From NCBI RefSeq assembly GCF_018977255.1, contig NW_024704743.1, positions 68,822,001 to 68,886,000 on the forward strand: DNA of 64,000 nucleotides, written 5' to 3'. Position 1 is the first letter of the stretch; every line of letters starts with the position of its first letter. The notes under the pieces were generated by a model. It was not told where the DNA came from and made no database searches. It saw only the letters and a list, made by a program, of their open reading frames with translations. The position numbers were made by a program, and so were the translations under genes. The DNA is from Callorhinchus milii. Its lineage: Eukaryota. This document shows, piece after piece, positions 47,371 to 61,341 of this stretch.

Positions 47371-49117
47371 ATCCCTAAAATCCCACCTTTTGCCCTTTCC
47401 AGCAATTTTAAGAGTGGTTGAAGACGTGTTTCGTAGCTATTAATTATATTTTGTTTCAGTCAATGGGAGGCACTCCTCTGACACCAAATGTGCAAAAGAC
47501 CAAACCATAACCCTGAGGCAGTCAGCCTCCTTTCTGGTAGATCATAAGCACTAAGTGTAAGGCTGTAGATGTATATGTTTTAAATTTATGTAAAAAAATC
47601 AGCATTAAAGTAAGACTCATCAATCTCATGACATATTACAGGAAAGACTAGGGGAAGACATCTGCCCAGTATTAGCAGTATAAAGTATAGGGAGTTCCTG
47701 TTGAGTCACCAGATATATTACATTAATTTTGATGGCTACAGTAACCTCTCTGTCTTGAGCCAAATGACATCTTGAATTTCGCCCTATGGTACTATTGGCA
47801 GTGATCTGTGGGAGATGAGGCCTGAACACAGCAGCTACTGTGCTTCCCTCATGATAACCAGCGCAGCTCTACTGAAGCAATTGGTTAGAAAATGATGCTT
47901 AAAATAAACCATGGCCTCTGTTCTGCACAATATATTTGTTGAAAGGGGAATCAGACAAATATTTGAAAAGAAAAACTCCAAAAGAGGTACGGGGAAAAAG
48001 AGGGGAGGGGGAATAAATAGATATCTCTTACCAGAGAGCACATACTGGTACGATGGGTTGAATGGCTGCATTCAGCACTTTATCCTTTTCTACTGAAAAA
48101 ATCTGATTCTGGGATGCATGGCAGACTATGTAACAGCTTATTTTGGTTCATAGTGGAATTATAGAGTACTCTTTTGGGCATCGAGCCCATGCTTGATGCT
48201 GATCTGACCTTTTGATTGAGAGAATTATTTTTACTTATCTATAGTGGAATTAATGATTGATATTGTTAGATTCAACAATAATCAACTACCATCCAGAGCT
48301 CTGCAGCTCATGTCTTCTTCTGGACTAGGCTACATTACTTTAGCACCCCTATCCTTGCCCAATTCCACTGGCTCGCCATCCCCCAGAGGATTGAGTTCAA
48401 GATCCTCGCCCTCACTTTTAAATTCCTCTTGCCTCTGCGACTTTCTTAAACACTACCAACCAGCCTGCTGCCTCTGCTCGGCAGGCCCTGGCTTGCTTTA
48501 CATTACCCCACCCTGCATGCCCCACCATCGGTTGTCAGGCTTTCAGCCTAACAGTCCCACTCTCTGGAACTCTCATCCACAAAATTTACAGAATATTCTA
48601 TGAAGCTCTTTGAGATGTCTTGAAGAGGTGATAAGGTGCTATATCAAATGCAACGACTATTATTATTATTATATTATATATAACTGCATCCCAGAGTCAC
48701 TTTGCTTCACCCCTTCCCTCATCTACTTCAAAGATTGTCTCAAGACCTTCCTCTTGGACTGCACGTTCAGTCATCTTATCCCACTGCCCCATGGCCCCCA
48801 TCGCTCCTGAATTCAACCCCCCGTTTGGGTGAGAACTCTCAACTGTCCAGAGACTCAGGATGACCTCGCGATGTAATAGCCGATATAAATGCAATTTGTT
48901 GTTGCATAATACGGCAAGGAGGCTGATAAAACTAACCCTGGTGCTTGATGCATGCTTAGAAAGACTTGGAAAAATTGTACAGCAAGTCAAGAATTGTGAC
49001 AACCTTATCTACGCTCCAGCAAATCCCATTATTTGTGCTTTACTCTGCATGCTAACGTCTGCATCAAGCGACAATAAGGCATTATTGCATTATCGACCAA
49101 AAGGCAGGACAATTCAA

Positions 49118-50285
49118 TACAACAACAAGATTACATTTGTATAGCGCCTTTCACGTCGGGAGGACGTCCCAAGGCGCTGGACAGTGTACAGCATTTCAGA
49201 CCCGAGCTGGGGTCAGAGGGGAGAAGGGAGGGGAAGGGAAGGGAGGTGACCAATGGCATGGTTGAAGAGGACGGTTTTGAGGCGGGACTTGGAGGAGGCT
49301 AAGGAGGGGGCGAGGCAGAGGGATTGGGGGATGGAGTTTCAGAGGTTGGGGGCAGAGTGGCTGAAGGCTCTCCCACCAGTGGTGGGGCGGATGGGTCGGG
49401 GGACGTGGAACAGACCGGAGCCGGCTGAGCGGAGGGAGCGGGTGGGTTGGTAGGAGGTAAGGAGGTCACAGAGGTAGGGTGGGGCGAGGCCATGGAGGGC
49501 TTTGTAGGTGAGGACCAAGATTTTGAACTGGATCCTCTGAAGGATAGGGAGCCAATGGAGTTGGGCGAGAGTGGGGGAGATGGGGTCACGGAATTTGGTG
49601 CGGGAGAGGACACGGGCTGCAGAGTTTTGGATTATCTGCAGCCTGTGGAGGGAGGAGTTGGGAAGGTCGACAAGCAGGGCATTTGCATAGTCGAGCCTGG
49701 AGATGATGAAGGCATGAACAAGAGTTTCAGTGGCCTGAGGGGTGAGGTAGTGGCAGAGTTGGGCGATGTTATGAAGGTGAGGGAAGGCAGAGCGGGTCAT
49801 GGCTTGGATGTGGGGAAGAAAATACAGTTGAGGGTCGAACGAGACAACTAGGTTCCTGACTGGCTTGGTGAGTTGAGGTTTGCAACCATGGAGGTTGATG
49901 CTGCCAGAGCCTGAGGTGCTGAGGCGTTGGCGCATTCAACAACAACTTGGATTCATATAGTGCCCTGCACGCTAGACGGCATCTCAGAGCGCTTTGTTTC
50001 AACTGTAGGAAGTTTGCCCTCATCCAGGACTTGATGTCTGATAGGCAGTCTGTCAGGACAGCAGTGGTCCTGGAGTTGAGGATGGAGATAGAAAGATAGA
50101 GTTGGGTGTCATCCGCATACATATGGAAGTTGACCCCATGTCTGCGGATGATGTCACCAAGGGGGAGCATATAGATATTAAAGAGGAGAGGGCCAAGGAC
50201 AGAGCCCTGGGGGACGCCAGAAGTGACAATGCGGGGGCTGGAGGAGAAAACATTAGAGGTAACAAACAATATAGCCGGAAAGTCA
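49118..50285 (-). mobile_element. L2 LINE, 5'-truncated ~1.15 kb, with a short foreign L2 tail inserted at ~49935-49995
   Basis: ORFs 49769-50302 ([29 protein letters not shown]) and 49339-49935. Confidence 0.95.
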
Positions 50286-52189
50286 GCAACAGGCCTGGTC
50301 ACATATTAGCATGAATTAGACGCAAAGTAAATCTCCCCCTACTCAGCCCCCAAGAGATCTACTCATCTCATTACTCTGGGTATTAAAATAATAAATAATA
50401 ATTCTTGCATTTGATATAGCACCTTTAAGGTCATTAGGATCTCTCAATGTGTTGCAGAATTCATTGCAGTGACTCTACTTTTGTTGGAGAATGCGGCCGC
50501 CAATTGTGCACAGTAACGTCCCCCAAACAGCCAAGAAGTTAATGACTAATTTTATGTGGAGGATTGTTGGCAGATACATCTGGATAAGCTCACTTCTCTT
50601 TTCGAATGGGGCAATGGGATTTTTAATATCCACCAGAAAAGATCTTGGTTTGATGTCTCATCTGAAGGATGGCACATCCAATAATGCAGCACAGCATTGT
50701 TTTGTAATATCAGCCTAGACTTTCAGTTCAAAGTCTCAACATGGGACTTAAATGCACAACCTGGCTCACAGGCAAGATGGCTGCCAAGTGAGCTAAGCAG
50801 GTGATGGCAATGTGTTAATCCACTGCCCCTTGTACCTTATTAATGCATTGTTTTGTACCTATTCTAGTCCAGGTTTCACCTTCTGTTTATATAGTTTGCA
50901 ATAGTTAACTTAAAATATGAAGATTCTCAGATTTCCAGTAATTACTTCTAAAGGACAAAATTTCCATTGAAGTATGGATCCACTTCCAATTTTGGAAGCT
51001 AACTTTTTCAAAATACTTTTGTGAGGGAAATTCAACTCGTAACCTCAGGCATCTTTGGAAATATGATCATTTGAGCTGCGGTGCTGGGAAACTGCAATAC
51101 GGTATATTAAGAACCAGTGTTTCCAATGGATCTGTAAACCTCAGCCTCTCCAAGGGACATTTTTGCCATTCCTGGAATGCCATAAGCATGTGTGGGATCT
51201 TGACACTCTGGCTGTACTGATGTCTGCCTGGCTCTCTTGGCGGCCCTCTTGCCTGTTTATTTTTGTTCCTGGTTATGTTTTATTGCCCTTCTCAGCTGAT
51301 ATGAGCTCAATGAAGATCTGGTAATAACAATGACTGTTAATTTGTTTGTAGGGTTCCTGCTGTTTCCCCTGTTCCTGATGTAAATGATTTAAAAAGAAAA
51401 TTGCCCTTATTGTACTAACAGGGGATTACGATGTGGGCTCTATACCACATCTCAAGTGTAATGAGAAGTGTGCCACATGCAATGAATAATAAGGTTCTTG
51501 TAGCTCAAGCACTGTGTGTACATCTTGTAGCCTGAAGTCCAGACTTCATGTTCTCTGGATCATAAATATGTGATCTTGGCCAACAATCTCCCATATAAAA
51601 TTGGTCATTCATTTAACGACTGTTTGTGGAACATTGCCGTGCGCAAATTGGATTCCGCATTTGCCTAGAAATACAGTCAATACACTTGACAGTAAATCTT
51701 GTGAAGCACTTTGAGATATCTCAATGATTTGATGAGGTACTGTATCAGATACAAATATTATTATCTCACTGGTCTCCCTCAAATTAATTTACTCTTAATT
51801 TTAAACTGTGACAGAGAGCTTGAGTGGGAGGCTTCCTCTTGCATGTAAATACTTCCTTCATTCCTTTAGTGGATGAGAAACCTGTAATTATTCTTGAGAA
51901 GGTCATGAGGCAAAAGGAAGAATTTGTGCAATCAGATTATCTTCCTCTTACACTCAAAAAACTACTTAGAAATAATAATTATTGCTTTGATAAAGCACCT
52001 TATCATTACCGAAACATCTTCAAAGTGCTTTATAGAATTGAACAGTGAAATGAACAACCAATTATGTCTGGAGACTTGTTGGCCAGGCCACCGGGAGAAA
52101 CTTACTTCTCCAAAATACTGAAATCCACAACCTTCTTACCTAGAGGCAGTGATATTAACTGAATCAACTGACCTGGTTATAGTTAGGAT

Positions 52190-52480
52190 TAAGATAGCAA
52201 TCAATGGCAAGCTATACGCTTTTAGTTGTTTAGACTGAAGCAGTACCCAATAAGACTCTGGGGTCCCCCAGCCTTGGCTCTTGCCAACCTGCACCTGATG
52301 CTTTCTGGAATTAGGTGAGCAGGATACCTCCCGCCAGGGAAAGTGCACATTCCATTCCACAATCTATCTGGAATTTCCATGTGTAGGTGAGGTCCATGAA
52401 CATCTCAGTTTGGTTTGGATATTCTTAAGCATGGTGATGGATTTCCGCATGTGTCAGACACCTGGCTGAGCAAACAAAAA
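52190..52480 (+). repeat. Unclassified repeat, 3' ~290 bp
   Basis: AATGGCAAGCTATACG..CCTTGGCTCTTGCCAACC..GTGTCAGACACCTGGCTGAGCAAACAAAAA. Confidence 0.85.
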
Positions 52481-55400
52481 TCAGTGTTGTATGAGCTCTG
52501 TGAAGAGGAGTTAACCACATCCCCAACAGTGGAATAGACTGAAAAGTATTTCATATAGTTGTGAGTGGAGTATATGTGTGATGTGGTATTAATACAAATT
52601 TTCTTGTAGTTCGGCTCATCTTCTGAAAGAAGTGTCTGTTGGCAAATGCCATACCTTACCCATATGGTTAACACCTGCATATTCTTGTAGAGACTGGATC
52701 ATAAAAAGCTCCAAAATGAATTTATTTTCTAGTTTAAATGAAACTTGATTGAATCTTTCGTCCCCTTCCGCACTAATTTTGGAAAATTCCTGATAGTGAA
52801 ACAGCTTTGGGTAGTTTGCATGGTTTCTGGAACAATGTATCACAGGCAGAGAGGTTTCATAATCCAAGTAATGTGGTTCCACAGTCACAGTTTTGATGGT
52901 AAGTTGTTTTGCCATCTTTTGGTCTGAGGCTATGGATTGCTTTTCTTGTTTCCTGGAGCAGTGATTCCTTGATCACGTATCATGTAGCGCACACCATGCT
53001 TGGATCCAAGGGCTGTATATTGGTGAGGGTGGAGTACATATGAAGATATGAGTGCAATGTCAAGAACAAGGGTAATCTTATGGTTGTGAACCCAGTTGAA
53101 CTAACTGTAACTACAGGGTTTATAATTCACAAAATTATACATATAATAAGCCAAAAAGTTAACTGCAGTATAAAAAGGGGTTTAACCCATACAAGCTTTA
53201 TAGGATTAGAAGTAAACTTCTGTTAAATTGTGATTTACAAAAATGCATGTCAATGCCAACCATGGATTTCAATATTTGACTCCCTGCAATTGCTTTAAAC
53301 TTGAACACTTAGTTCTGCCACAATACTGCAGGAGACTTGCCGTTAATCCCAGTCCTTAAATTTATGCAAGGTACGAACCTTGCTGCTTTCTTTTCTATTA
53401 ATAAATTAGGACATCTGCTGGATTAAAGTGGTTGAAGCAGTCATCTGAAATGTATTCCATGTGGGCCACATTTCATTGGTGTACAGTGGTGAGAGAAATA
53501 TTTTGTGTGTTTGTATACCAACAGGGGACCTGGAATAGCAATGGATAAAACCAATGCATGCCATTGACTGAATAACAGCTGGGACTAATATCTTTCCTAT
53601 CCACCCCTGCATTAAAAGGCAACATACTGTCACTAATGTGGGCCTAATGGCCTCTTTTTGTGCTGTACGATTCTATGATTATATGATTCTAACCTTGGTG
53701 TTGATCCCAGTTCGATCCCAGGCTGTCCTTCCTGGATAGCACAGGACTGAAATCCACATGCTGTTTCAGTTACTGTTGATTATTCAAATCTAATACATTA
53801 CAAAATATAACTAAGAGGAAAATGTTATCTTTTATCAATGGAAATTGGCTGGCATTTTCTATTCTGCACTGTTATTATGGAGAGCTACCCTCAGTTAGCA
53901 AGTTATTAATTGCACTGGTCCTGACATGAGGGAGATAATACGGTACTGTATAGCCTCAAAATCCTGCAGACGTACTAATCTGTCTGATAATATGATGTGG
54001 AGGGATTCTTGTTCTGCACAATGGCAGAAAGAAGTGTAAATGTGCGAGACATAAATTTCTTCCCAGCTAGTTCTGTGGCCTCACAGTCGGCTCTGCCAAA
54101 TGGATTATAACTATCTCACCTAATCCTACTAGACAGATGTATAGTGCAGGTGGCTGTGGCAAAATGGAATGAAGCACGCCAACAGCTAGCACCATAATCG
54201 CCTTAAGGCGCTAGCAAATTAGACTGGGATGTTGATTTTAATCTGATGTACAGTAACAAAAATAGACTTAACTGACAACTTAATTGAAACTGGCTGGAAC
54301 AATTGATTCTACTGTTCTGATAACCAAGTGAGCAATTCCAACTGGAAAATAGCAAGGGTCTGAATACATATTATTAACTGAAAACTGTGACAAAGGGGGC
54401 TTATTAAGAATAAGGTCATAACGTGTATCGTGTTTCTACCAAGACGTAGCTAGTATTTTGCAGTGTTAAATGTTGATGGTTGTTGGTTTTTGGCCAGGAC
54501 ATCAGGAAATTTTCTCTTTTTCGAATAGTGTCATGGGATCTTTAACACCCAGCAGTCAGGTTTTCAGCCCATCTGTCCTCACTATCTGGAACACCATCCC
54601 GAGTCCCTTCATCTCTCCCATTCCTTAACCTCTTTCAAGGTCAAGATAGTCTGCAGCCTAAATAGGTAAGAGCTGGTGAGTCTGGCGAGCAGCCATTGGC
54701 CTAGTCAAGCCAGTATGAGATAAAAGCCTGAATCAACAGCCCAAAGGAATAGGTGGTGACAGAGACGAATAGTGTTATGGAGTTGAAGGAAAGCTGAGTG
54801 GGAAAGAGGACAGATGAGGGGTTCAAAGAACAGTTGGAATTGAACCACCAAGGTGCCTCACAGCTCCACAAGGTGAAGTGCACATCTGTGCAGGTTGATG
54901 CTGTCGGTCTGCATGGGGAGAGGAGGCGCTGACAGGATCCTAGCAGGATAACTTTAGCCTTATCTATGTTTAACTGAAGGAAGTCAGGGCTCATCCAGGA
55001 CTTGATGTCTGACAGACTTGACGACTTGATCAGTTAGAACAGCAGTAGTTTTGGACCCGAGGGTAGAGGCAGAGATATTTGGATGTCATCTGCACGTGTG
55101 GAAGTATCTCAAAGTGTTTTACAGGATATACTGTAAAGTGCTATGACTGTGTGTTTTGTGGGCAAAATGGCCCACAACGAAGAGATGTTTTGAATAGAGC
55201 TGAGGGAAGTTGGGAGGGAGTAGATGTTCTGAAGAAATATTCAGCAAGTTTGGGGGGGTGGGGGGACAGCTTCTTGGAAGAATGGAAGAGTCGAGGAAGG
55301 GTTTTTGAGAAGGGTTAATGTCAGCCCTTGATGACCAAATTGCCCCTTTTGTTGGTTATGCTGCCTTGAATCCCTTGAAATGCCTTCTCCTGAACAGATC

Positions 55401-55599
55401 TAACGTATTGGGTAATACTATTCGTAAGTTTGCTTCAACCTTATTCCCCTTTTCAAAAACAATTTCCCATCTCATTTTAGCTACAGTACAGTAGAGCTCT
55501 GCAGTGGGGCAATCTCAGAACTTCAGACGACTTCTAGTGTCAGCCCATAAGAAATGAACAATCTGGTTGTAATGAATAGTAAAGATCATATAATATCTT

Positions 55600-57190
55600 A
55601 TATTTGATGTATATAGTGTGTTCCTCGAACTTGAGGGTGATGGTGCCAACAATGAAGAGATAATAAGTTCATGGCAGATGGATCCATTGATGACCATGCA
55701 GGCTGCTAATACATGACAGACATTGTCTGCCACAGGCTGCACACAACCACATAATGAGGATTTCTCCTGTTCATTCCTCTGATGTTGCTGATCCTTCTGT
55801 CACTTGTGTTTTTCCTCTACACTGACTCCCTGTTGTTCTTCAAAGCTCTTCACTCCTTCTCTCACTTCAATACGCCATTGTCGTACGTTCGTGGCCAGGG
55901 TTTTCCAAGAGTCAATACCATGTTGCATTGTTTCAGGTGTATCTTCAGTGTGTTATTATAGCTCCTTTGTTGTCCGCCCTGCTTTCTTCTGCCACCTGCC
56001 GGTTCTCCATAGAACACCTGCTTCATCCACTGTATATCATCCATCGTAACAATATGTCCGGCCCAACTGTGCTGAATGTTGATGATCATAGCCTCAATGC
56101 TGGTGCAATTACCATGTTCCAGTACTCTGTTTTTAGTGTCCTTCCACCTAAGTTCAACCTTAGTCACCTGAGTAATATGAAAACATGTCATTGGTGAAAC
56201 CTTTCCAGCTGTTGAGTATGACTTGTATAAAGTGTCCATGTGTCATATCCATTCAGGAGATTGGTAAGGAGCACTGCTCTATAAATCTTCAGTTTAGCAG
56301 CAACCTTGATTCTGCACTGATTCCAAACATAATTAGACAATCTACCAAAGCCATGCTTACTCTCTGTATGCGAGCCATTACTTTCTTATCGATCTTTGCA
56401 TCATCAGATAGTTCACTTCCAAGATAGGTGGACTCCTTGACCCAGTTCAATTCAGTTTCGCCAATAGAGGTCGATGGTCTAATATATGGCTTCCCAGGAA
56501 CTGGTTGATACATTACTTCAGTCTTCCTAAGCCCATAACAACAACAAGAACAAAATTACACTTGTATAGTGCCTTTCACGTTGGGAGGATGTCCCAAGGC
56601 GCTGGACAGACAGAGTTTCAGACCCGAGCTGGCGGTCGGGATTGGGGAGGGTGGAGGGCAAGCCAGTGGATTGGGTGAAGATGGGGGTGATAGGGTCATG
56701 GAACCTGGTGAGGGAGAGGACACGGGCTACAGAGTTCTGTATAATCTGCAGGCTATGGAGGGAGGAGTTGGGGAGGCCGACAAGCAAGAAGTTTGCATAG
56801 TCAAACCTGGATGTTATGAATGCGTGCATGAGGGTTTCGGTGGCCTGCGGTGTGAGACAGTAGTGGAGCTAGGCGATGTTGCGAAGGTGGGGGAAGGCAG
56901 AGCGGGTCATGCACGGATGTGGGGTATAAAGGATAGTTGAGGGTCAAACAAGATGCCAAGGTTCCGGACTGGCTTAGTAAGGTGGAGTGTGCATCCATGG
57001 ATGGTGGTGCCATAGCTGCTAGAGAAAGCTGCAAATCTATTCATCATCAAATGAAGGTCTTCTTCAGAATGCGCCACGAGTGCACAGTCATCAGCTTGCC
57101 ATCAATATCTCTGTCCGTCAAGCTTTCCCGTTGCTTGTCCAGCGAGGACCACCCTACCTGTTGGAGATTTGGCTTCCAAACTTAACGAGC
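55600..57190 (-). mobile_element. RTE-clade LINE remnant, split by an L2 (56538-57005)
   Basis: ORFs 55862-56239 (WAGHIVTMDD..KQVFYGE..GGQQRSYNNTLK) and 56289-56513 (TYLGSELS..IDKKVMARI); ADDCALVAHSEEDL at ~57060-57095. Confidence 0.9.
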
Positions 57191-57409
57191 TGAGTGGGAA
57201 GAGTCCCAACAGCAACAACAACTTGCATTTATATAGTGCACTTCACGCGTGGTAGTGCTCGACAGTGGCGTAGTCTGATACTGAGCCAGTAGGAGAGGGA
57301 GGTGATCATAAGCACAATCAAAAAGGAAGGTCTTTAGGTCGGATTTGAAAGTGGGGAGGGAGGAGGCAAAGCGGTGGGATTGAGGGAGAGAGTTCCATAG
57401 TTTTGGAGT

Positions 57410-57575
57410 TCCCCAGTGACCGGTCTGCCCTTCCAAGTCCTGTCGATGAGCCAAGTGGGTAGAATCCCTACTGCCAGTTACCAGCCCATCTCCCAATCCA
57501 AGTCCCACTGAGCCAGGCTGGCTGGGCTGTCATCAGCAGTGCCCTAGAGTAATGTGGACCTGCCTGGCTGAGACC
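57410..57575 (-). repeat. Unclassified repeat, 5' module with internal sub-repeat
   Basis: TCAGCCAGGCAGGTCCACATTACTCTAGGGCACTGCTGATGACAGCCCAGCCAGCCTGGCTCAGTGGGACTTGG. Confidence 0.75.
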
Positions 57576-58311
57576 ACCACAGAGGGTTGGCTTGAATCCA
57601 ATATTCCGTTGACAAACATATCACTTTGGAGCCAGTTCAGCTACAAGGAGACCCTGCTTACCTTCCCCTGAAGGAGGATAGTCATAAGTTGGTCATTTGA
57701 CATCCGACAAGCATGGGTTTGAGCCCTCACTAGGTGGATGGTGATGTTTTGTGATGGGTGTGGTTCAGTGGTAGGTGTAGGGACTGAACAACTAATCCCA
57801 GATTTAAGTCACACTGAAGGATAAGCAGGATCCAGAATATGACTCTAAGGTTCTCCCTGAAACTAAAGGACGAGGAGTGTCCTTATGTTTGTGGTTGTTT
57901 GAGTCCCTTTGAGGAGAGCACCTGGTGATGAGCAAAAGTGACTCATTTTTGATGCAGGTTATAATTAAACGGGAAAGTGGATAATTTAAAATAATATTTG
58001 TTTGAATTGTGCAGTGCAAATCTGTCTGTACATAATAAGAGGTGAATCAGCAAGAACATTGCTAAACAAATGCTTACAGCAGGTGGGATTCTATACAAAT
58101 GTCTTGATTTAAAAGAACTACTATCCTCCGCGATGGGAGAGAGAATTGGTTCTTCTTGGAGCTGAATTGGCTCCAAGGTGAGATGCTTGGCACGAAATGT
58201 CAGAATCAAGTTAATCCTCTGCGGAGGTTGTGGTAGTCCGGTTGCTGAGCCAGTCAGGTTCACAGTACAATACAATACAAAGTACAAACTTTGTATTTTG
58301 TATTGTATTGT

Positions 58312-58778
58312 CCAAGGCACTGTCAGCGATTTGGACCCGAGCAGGGGGGTGGTTTGGGGTAAAGGAGGGTGGAGGGCAGGGAGGGTAGGATGGTGGCCGA
58401 AGGCACAGTCGAAGAGGAGGGTCTTAAGACGTGCCTTGAAGGAGGCAAGGGAGGGAGTGAGGCAAAAGGAATGTGGGATGGAGTTCCGAAGGGTGGGTGG
58501 AGAGGCTGAAGACCTGACTGCTGATGGTGGGCTGAGTGGGGGATGTGGAGCAGGCTGGAGCTCGCTGAGCAGAGGGAGTGGGCAGGTTGGTGGGGGGGGG
58601 GGGGTTAATAGGTCACTGAGGTAGGAAGGGACAAGCCCATGGAGGGCCTTGAAGGCGAACACAAGAATTTTGAACTCTTCTGAAGGATGGGGAGCCAGTG
58701 GAGCCGGGCGACAGTGCTGGTGATAGGGTCACGGAGCCTGGTGCAGAAGAGGACACAAGCTGCAGAGTTCTGGATGAT
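58312..58778 (-). mobile_element. L2 3' fragment lacking its normal tail
   Basis: IIQNSAACVL..LHWLPIL..FKARLKTLLFDCAF coding remnant. Confidence 0.9.
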
Positions 58779-58779
58779 A

Positions 58780-59670
58780 CTCCCGGGCATTGCTAATGGC
58801 AAACCAGCCAGCCTGGCTCAGTGGGACTTGGAGGAGAGTCGGGTCGGTCACTGGGAGCAGGGATTCTTCCCACTTGGCCTTGTTAACCCTGAAAGACAAA
58901 ACACTAACAAGTAGCGAGATCCTAGCTGGATAGGCAACAGGAAGCTTGACAGACAATGCTTTCCTTGGAAGGCTGTACAGTTTTAACTCTGGGATTCTCA
59001 AGCCTTGGTTCCTACCAACCTGTGCCTAGTACTCTCATTATTAGGTAAACAGGATGTGTCCCCTTCGGGGAGAGAGTAGGCATTCGATTCCAAATATGAA
59101 AATTTCCATGTGTAGGCGGCATGTATTTGTGTGTTACTTTGATTCAGTTGGTAGCACTTTCACCTCTGAATCAGAAGGCTGTGGGTTCAAGGTCCATGTC
59201 AAGATTTTCATATATTCTAAGCTGACATTCCCAATGCAGTGCTGGGGATGTGCTGCATTGTTGGAGGTGTCATCCTTCGTATGAGACATTAAACTGAGGG
59301 CCCTGTCTACCTGCTCAGGTGAACGTTAAAGATCCCATAGCACTATTCAAAAAGAGAAGGAAGTTTCTCCAGATATCCTGGTTAACAATTTACCAAATAC
59401 AATTGGTCATTTGGCTCCTTGGGTATTCGTAGAACATTGGTGTGCGCAAATTGGCTGCCAGGTTAGTCCATCAAATATACAGTCACAATACTTTAAGGTG
59501 CATCTTGTGAAGCGCTTTCAGACATCCTTCCAACATGAAAGGTGTTGTATCAAATGTAAGGATTATTATTTTTATTATTATACATGGAACCCTATGTAGT
59601 TTGGATATTCTTAAGCATGATGATGGGTTTCTGTGCATATGTCACAGACATCTGGATGACCCAAACAAAA
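58780..59670 (+). repeat. Unclassified repeat, near full-length copy split by a Deu-SINE
   Basis: 58780-59125 and 59581-59670 join into one family copy (..CCATGTGTAGGCGGCATG | TACATGGAAC..TTGGATATTCTTAAGCATG..). Confidence 0.8.
59135..59580 (+). mobile_element. Full-length Deu-domain SINE
   Basis: tRNA head, Deu domain (GGAGGTGTCATCCTTCGTATGAGACATTAAACTGAGG..AAAGATCCCATAGCACTATT), L2-type 3' end. Confidence 0.88.
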
Positions 59671-59689
59671 AATACTGTGTACAATTGGT

Positions 59690-60088
59690 ATAACCACTTT
59701 CACACCGGGAGGAAGTCTCAAAGTACTTCACACGATATACTCTTAAAGTGCAGTATATTGTAAGCGAAATGTAACAGCTAATTTGCGCGTAGGAATGCCC
59801 TACAAACAGCCATGAAATGAATGACCAAGTTTATCTGGGGGATTGTTGACCATGACACAAGGAGAAACTGCCTTCTCTTTTCAAATAGTGTCATGGGATC
59901 TTAAATGTCCACTTGAACAGATGGGATGTCGGTTAACGTCTCGTCCGAAAGACGGAACTTTCAACAATGCAGTACACTCCCAGCGCTGCATTGGAGTGTC
60001 AGCTTAGACGATGTGATGCCAAGACCTGACATGAGGCTTGAACCTCCAACCTTCTGACTTAGACGAGAGTGCTAACAACTGAGCCTTG
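59690..60088 (-). mobile_element. Near full-length Deu-domain SINE
   Basis: Reverse complement of the same family (GGCTCAGTTGTTAGCACTCTCGTCTAAGTCAGAAGGTTGGAGGTTCAAG head). Confidence 0.88.
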
Positions 60089-60099
60089 GCCGATTAGAT

Positions 60100-60268
60100 A
60101 GGCAGGAAGCATCCCTCCCGGGGGAGAGTGCGCACTCCATTCCAACAATCTATCTCTGGGATTTCCATACGTCGGTGGGATGCATAAAGATCTCAGCCTG
60201 GTTTGGATACTCTGAAGTGTTGTGATGGGTTTGTGCGTGTGTCAGACACCTGGCTAACCCAAAAAAAG
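60100..60268 (+). repeat. Unclassified repeat, 3' module
   Basis: GCATCCCTCCCGGGGGAGAGTGCGCACTCCATTCCAACAATCTATCTCTGGGATTTCC..GTGTCAGACACCTGGCTAACCC + A7. Confidence 0.85.
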
Positions 60269-61341
60269 GAATCAGACTGACACCTAAATTAAAAGGATGC
60301 AGTTAAAATGAAGTACTGTATATACCACGCCTCACAATGTTGTTTGCATTGCTGAGATTTGGCTGCCCAGGTAGTGTTTCTTTTTCTCTCTTCATCGCTC
60401 AGAGCTACTTATCCAGTGCTTTGCAGGAAAGGGTCAGGTGCATCACACACAAAAATAATTTATTGAATCATCTTGTTTTCAAATGATTATCACTTGCTTA
60501 GTATTTTGAAGGGATGGTCATGATGGCTTCATTCCAAGAGCAAAGTCACAATTGAAGGTTTCTGAACTATGCCACATTGTTTCTGGGCATAAGTGTAACA
60601 ACATCAGGGGGTTTCACTGAGTAGCTGAGCACAAAGAAAGCCACAAAAAGATCAACAGCGCACACTGTCTACTTAAAGTTTTATATTTCAAAACCCCTCC
60701 AGTCTAGATTTTTTGTTGAAAATATGATAAATGGGAGCTCATTTGGCAAGGCAGCCTTTTGCAGTCATGCACTTTGACTTATGGGCAGCAATATTTTACA
60801 CAGATGTTGGCATTACCGGAGACTTGGCTGTTTGCAGACCTGGGTGGTTCAGCTTTCTGTTTTTAGTGCTTTGAAAATCTTTTGTTCATTTGTAAGATAG
60901 ATTGGGTTCCATTTGAAGAAGATGGTTAATGTTCTTTGAGTTACCCGTTTGTCATTGAGAGATTGTTTGTAATTTACTACTGCCAGGTGTGCTGTCCAGC
61001 GCTGCCTTTGGTTGCAGGAATCAGCCATTTGGTGACACTAGTGAGTCTGCCTAAGATTGATACAACTATCAGCATTGCAAAGATGACTTTTAAACCCAAA
61101 TCATTTTTTAAAACAAATACCCAGATCCCACAACAATATTTTTCAGTTTCTAATAGATAAAAAGAGATGAACATCCTGCTCCCTCTTTCAATCACTTGTT
61201 AGCAGTTGGAGATTATTCCCAAGCTTTTACTTGTAGGACCTTGCCAGCGCAAATAGCTGTCGTATTGTTTTACAAATATAGTCACCAAACTTGACAGAAT
61301 TACCTGTGAAGCTCTTTGAGATGCTTCCATGCGATGTAGTA

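Noticed and set aside
52616..52915. 99-aa minus ORF and exon-like segments at ~60400, ~60987-61040 and ~62884 as COA1/STK17A exons
   Set aside because: No translation resembles these proteins or any family I recognise.
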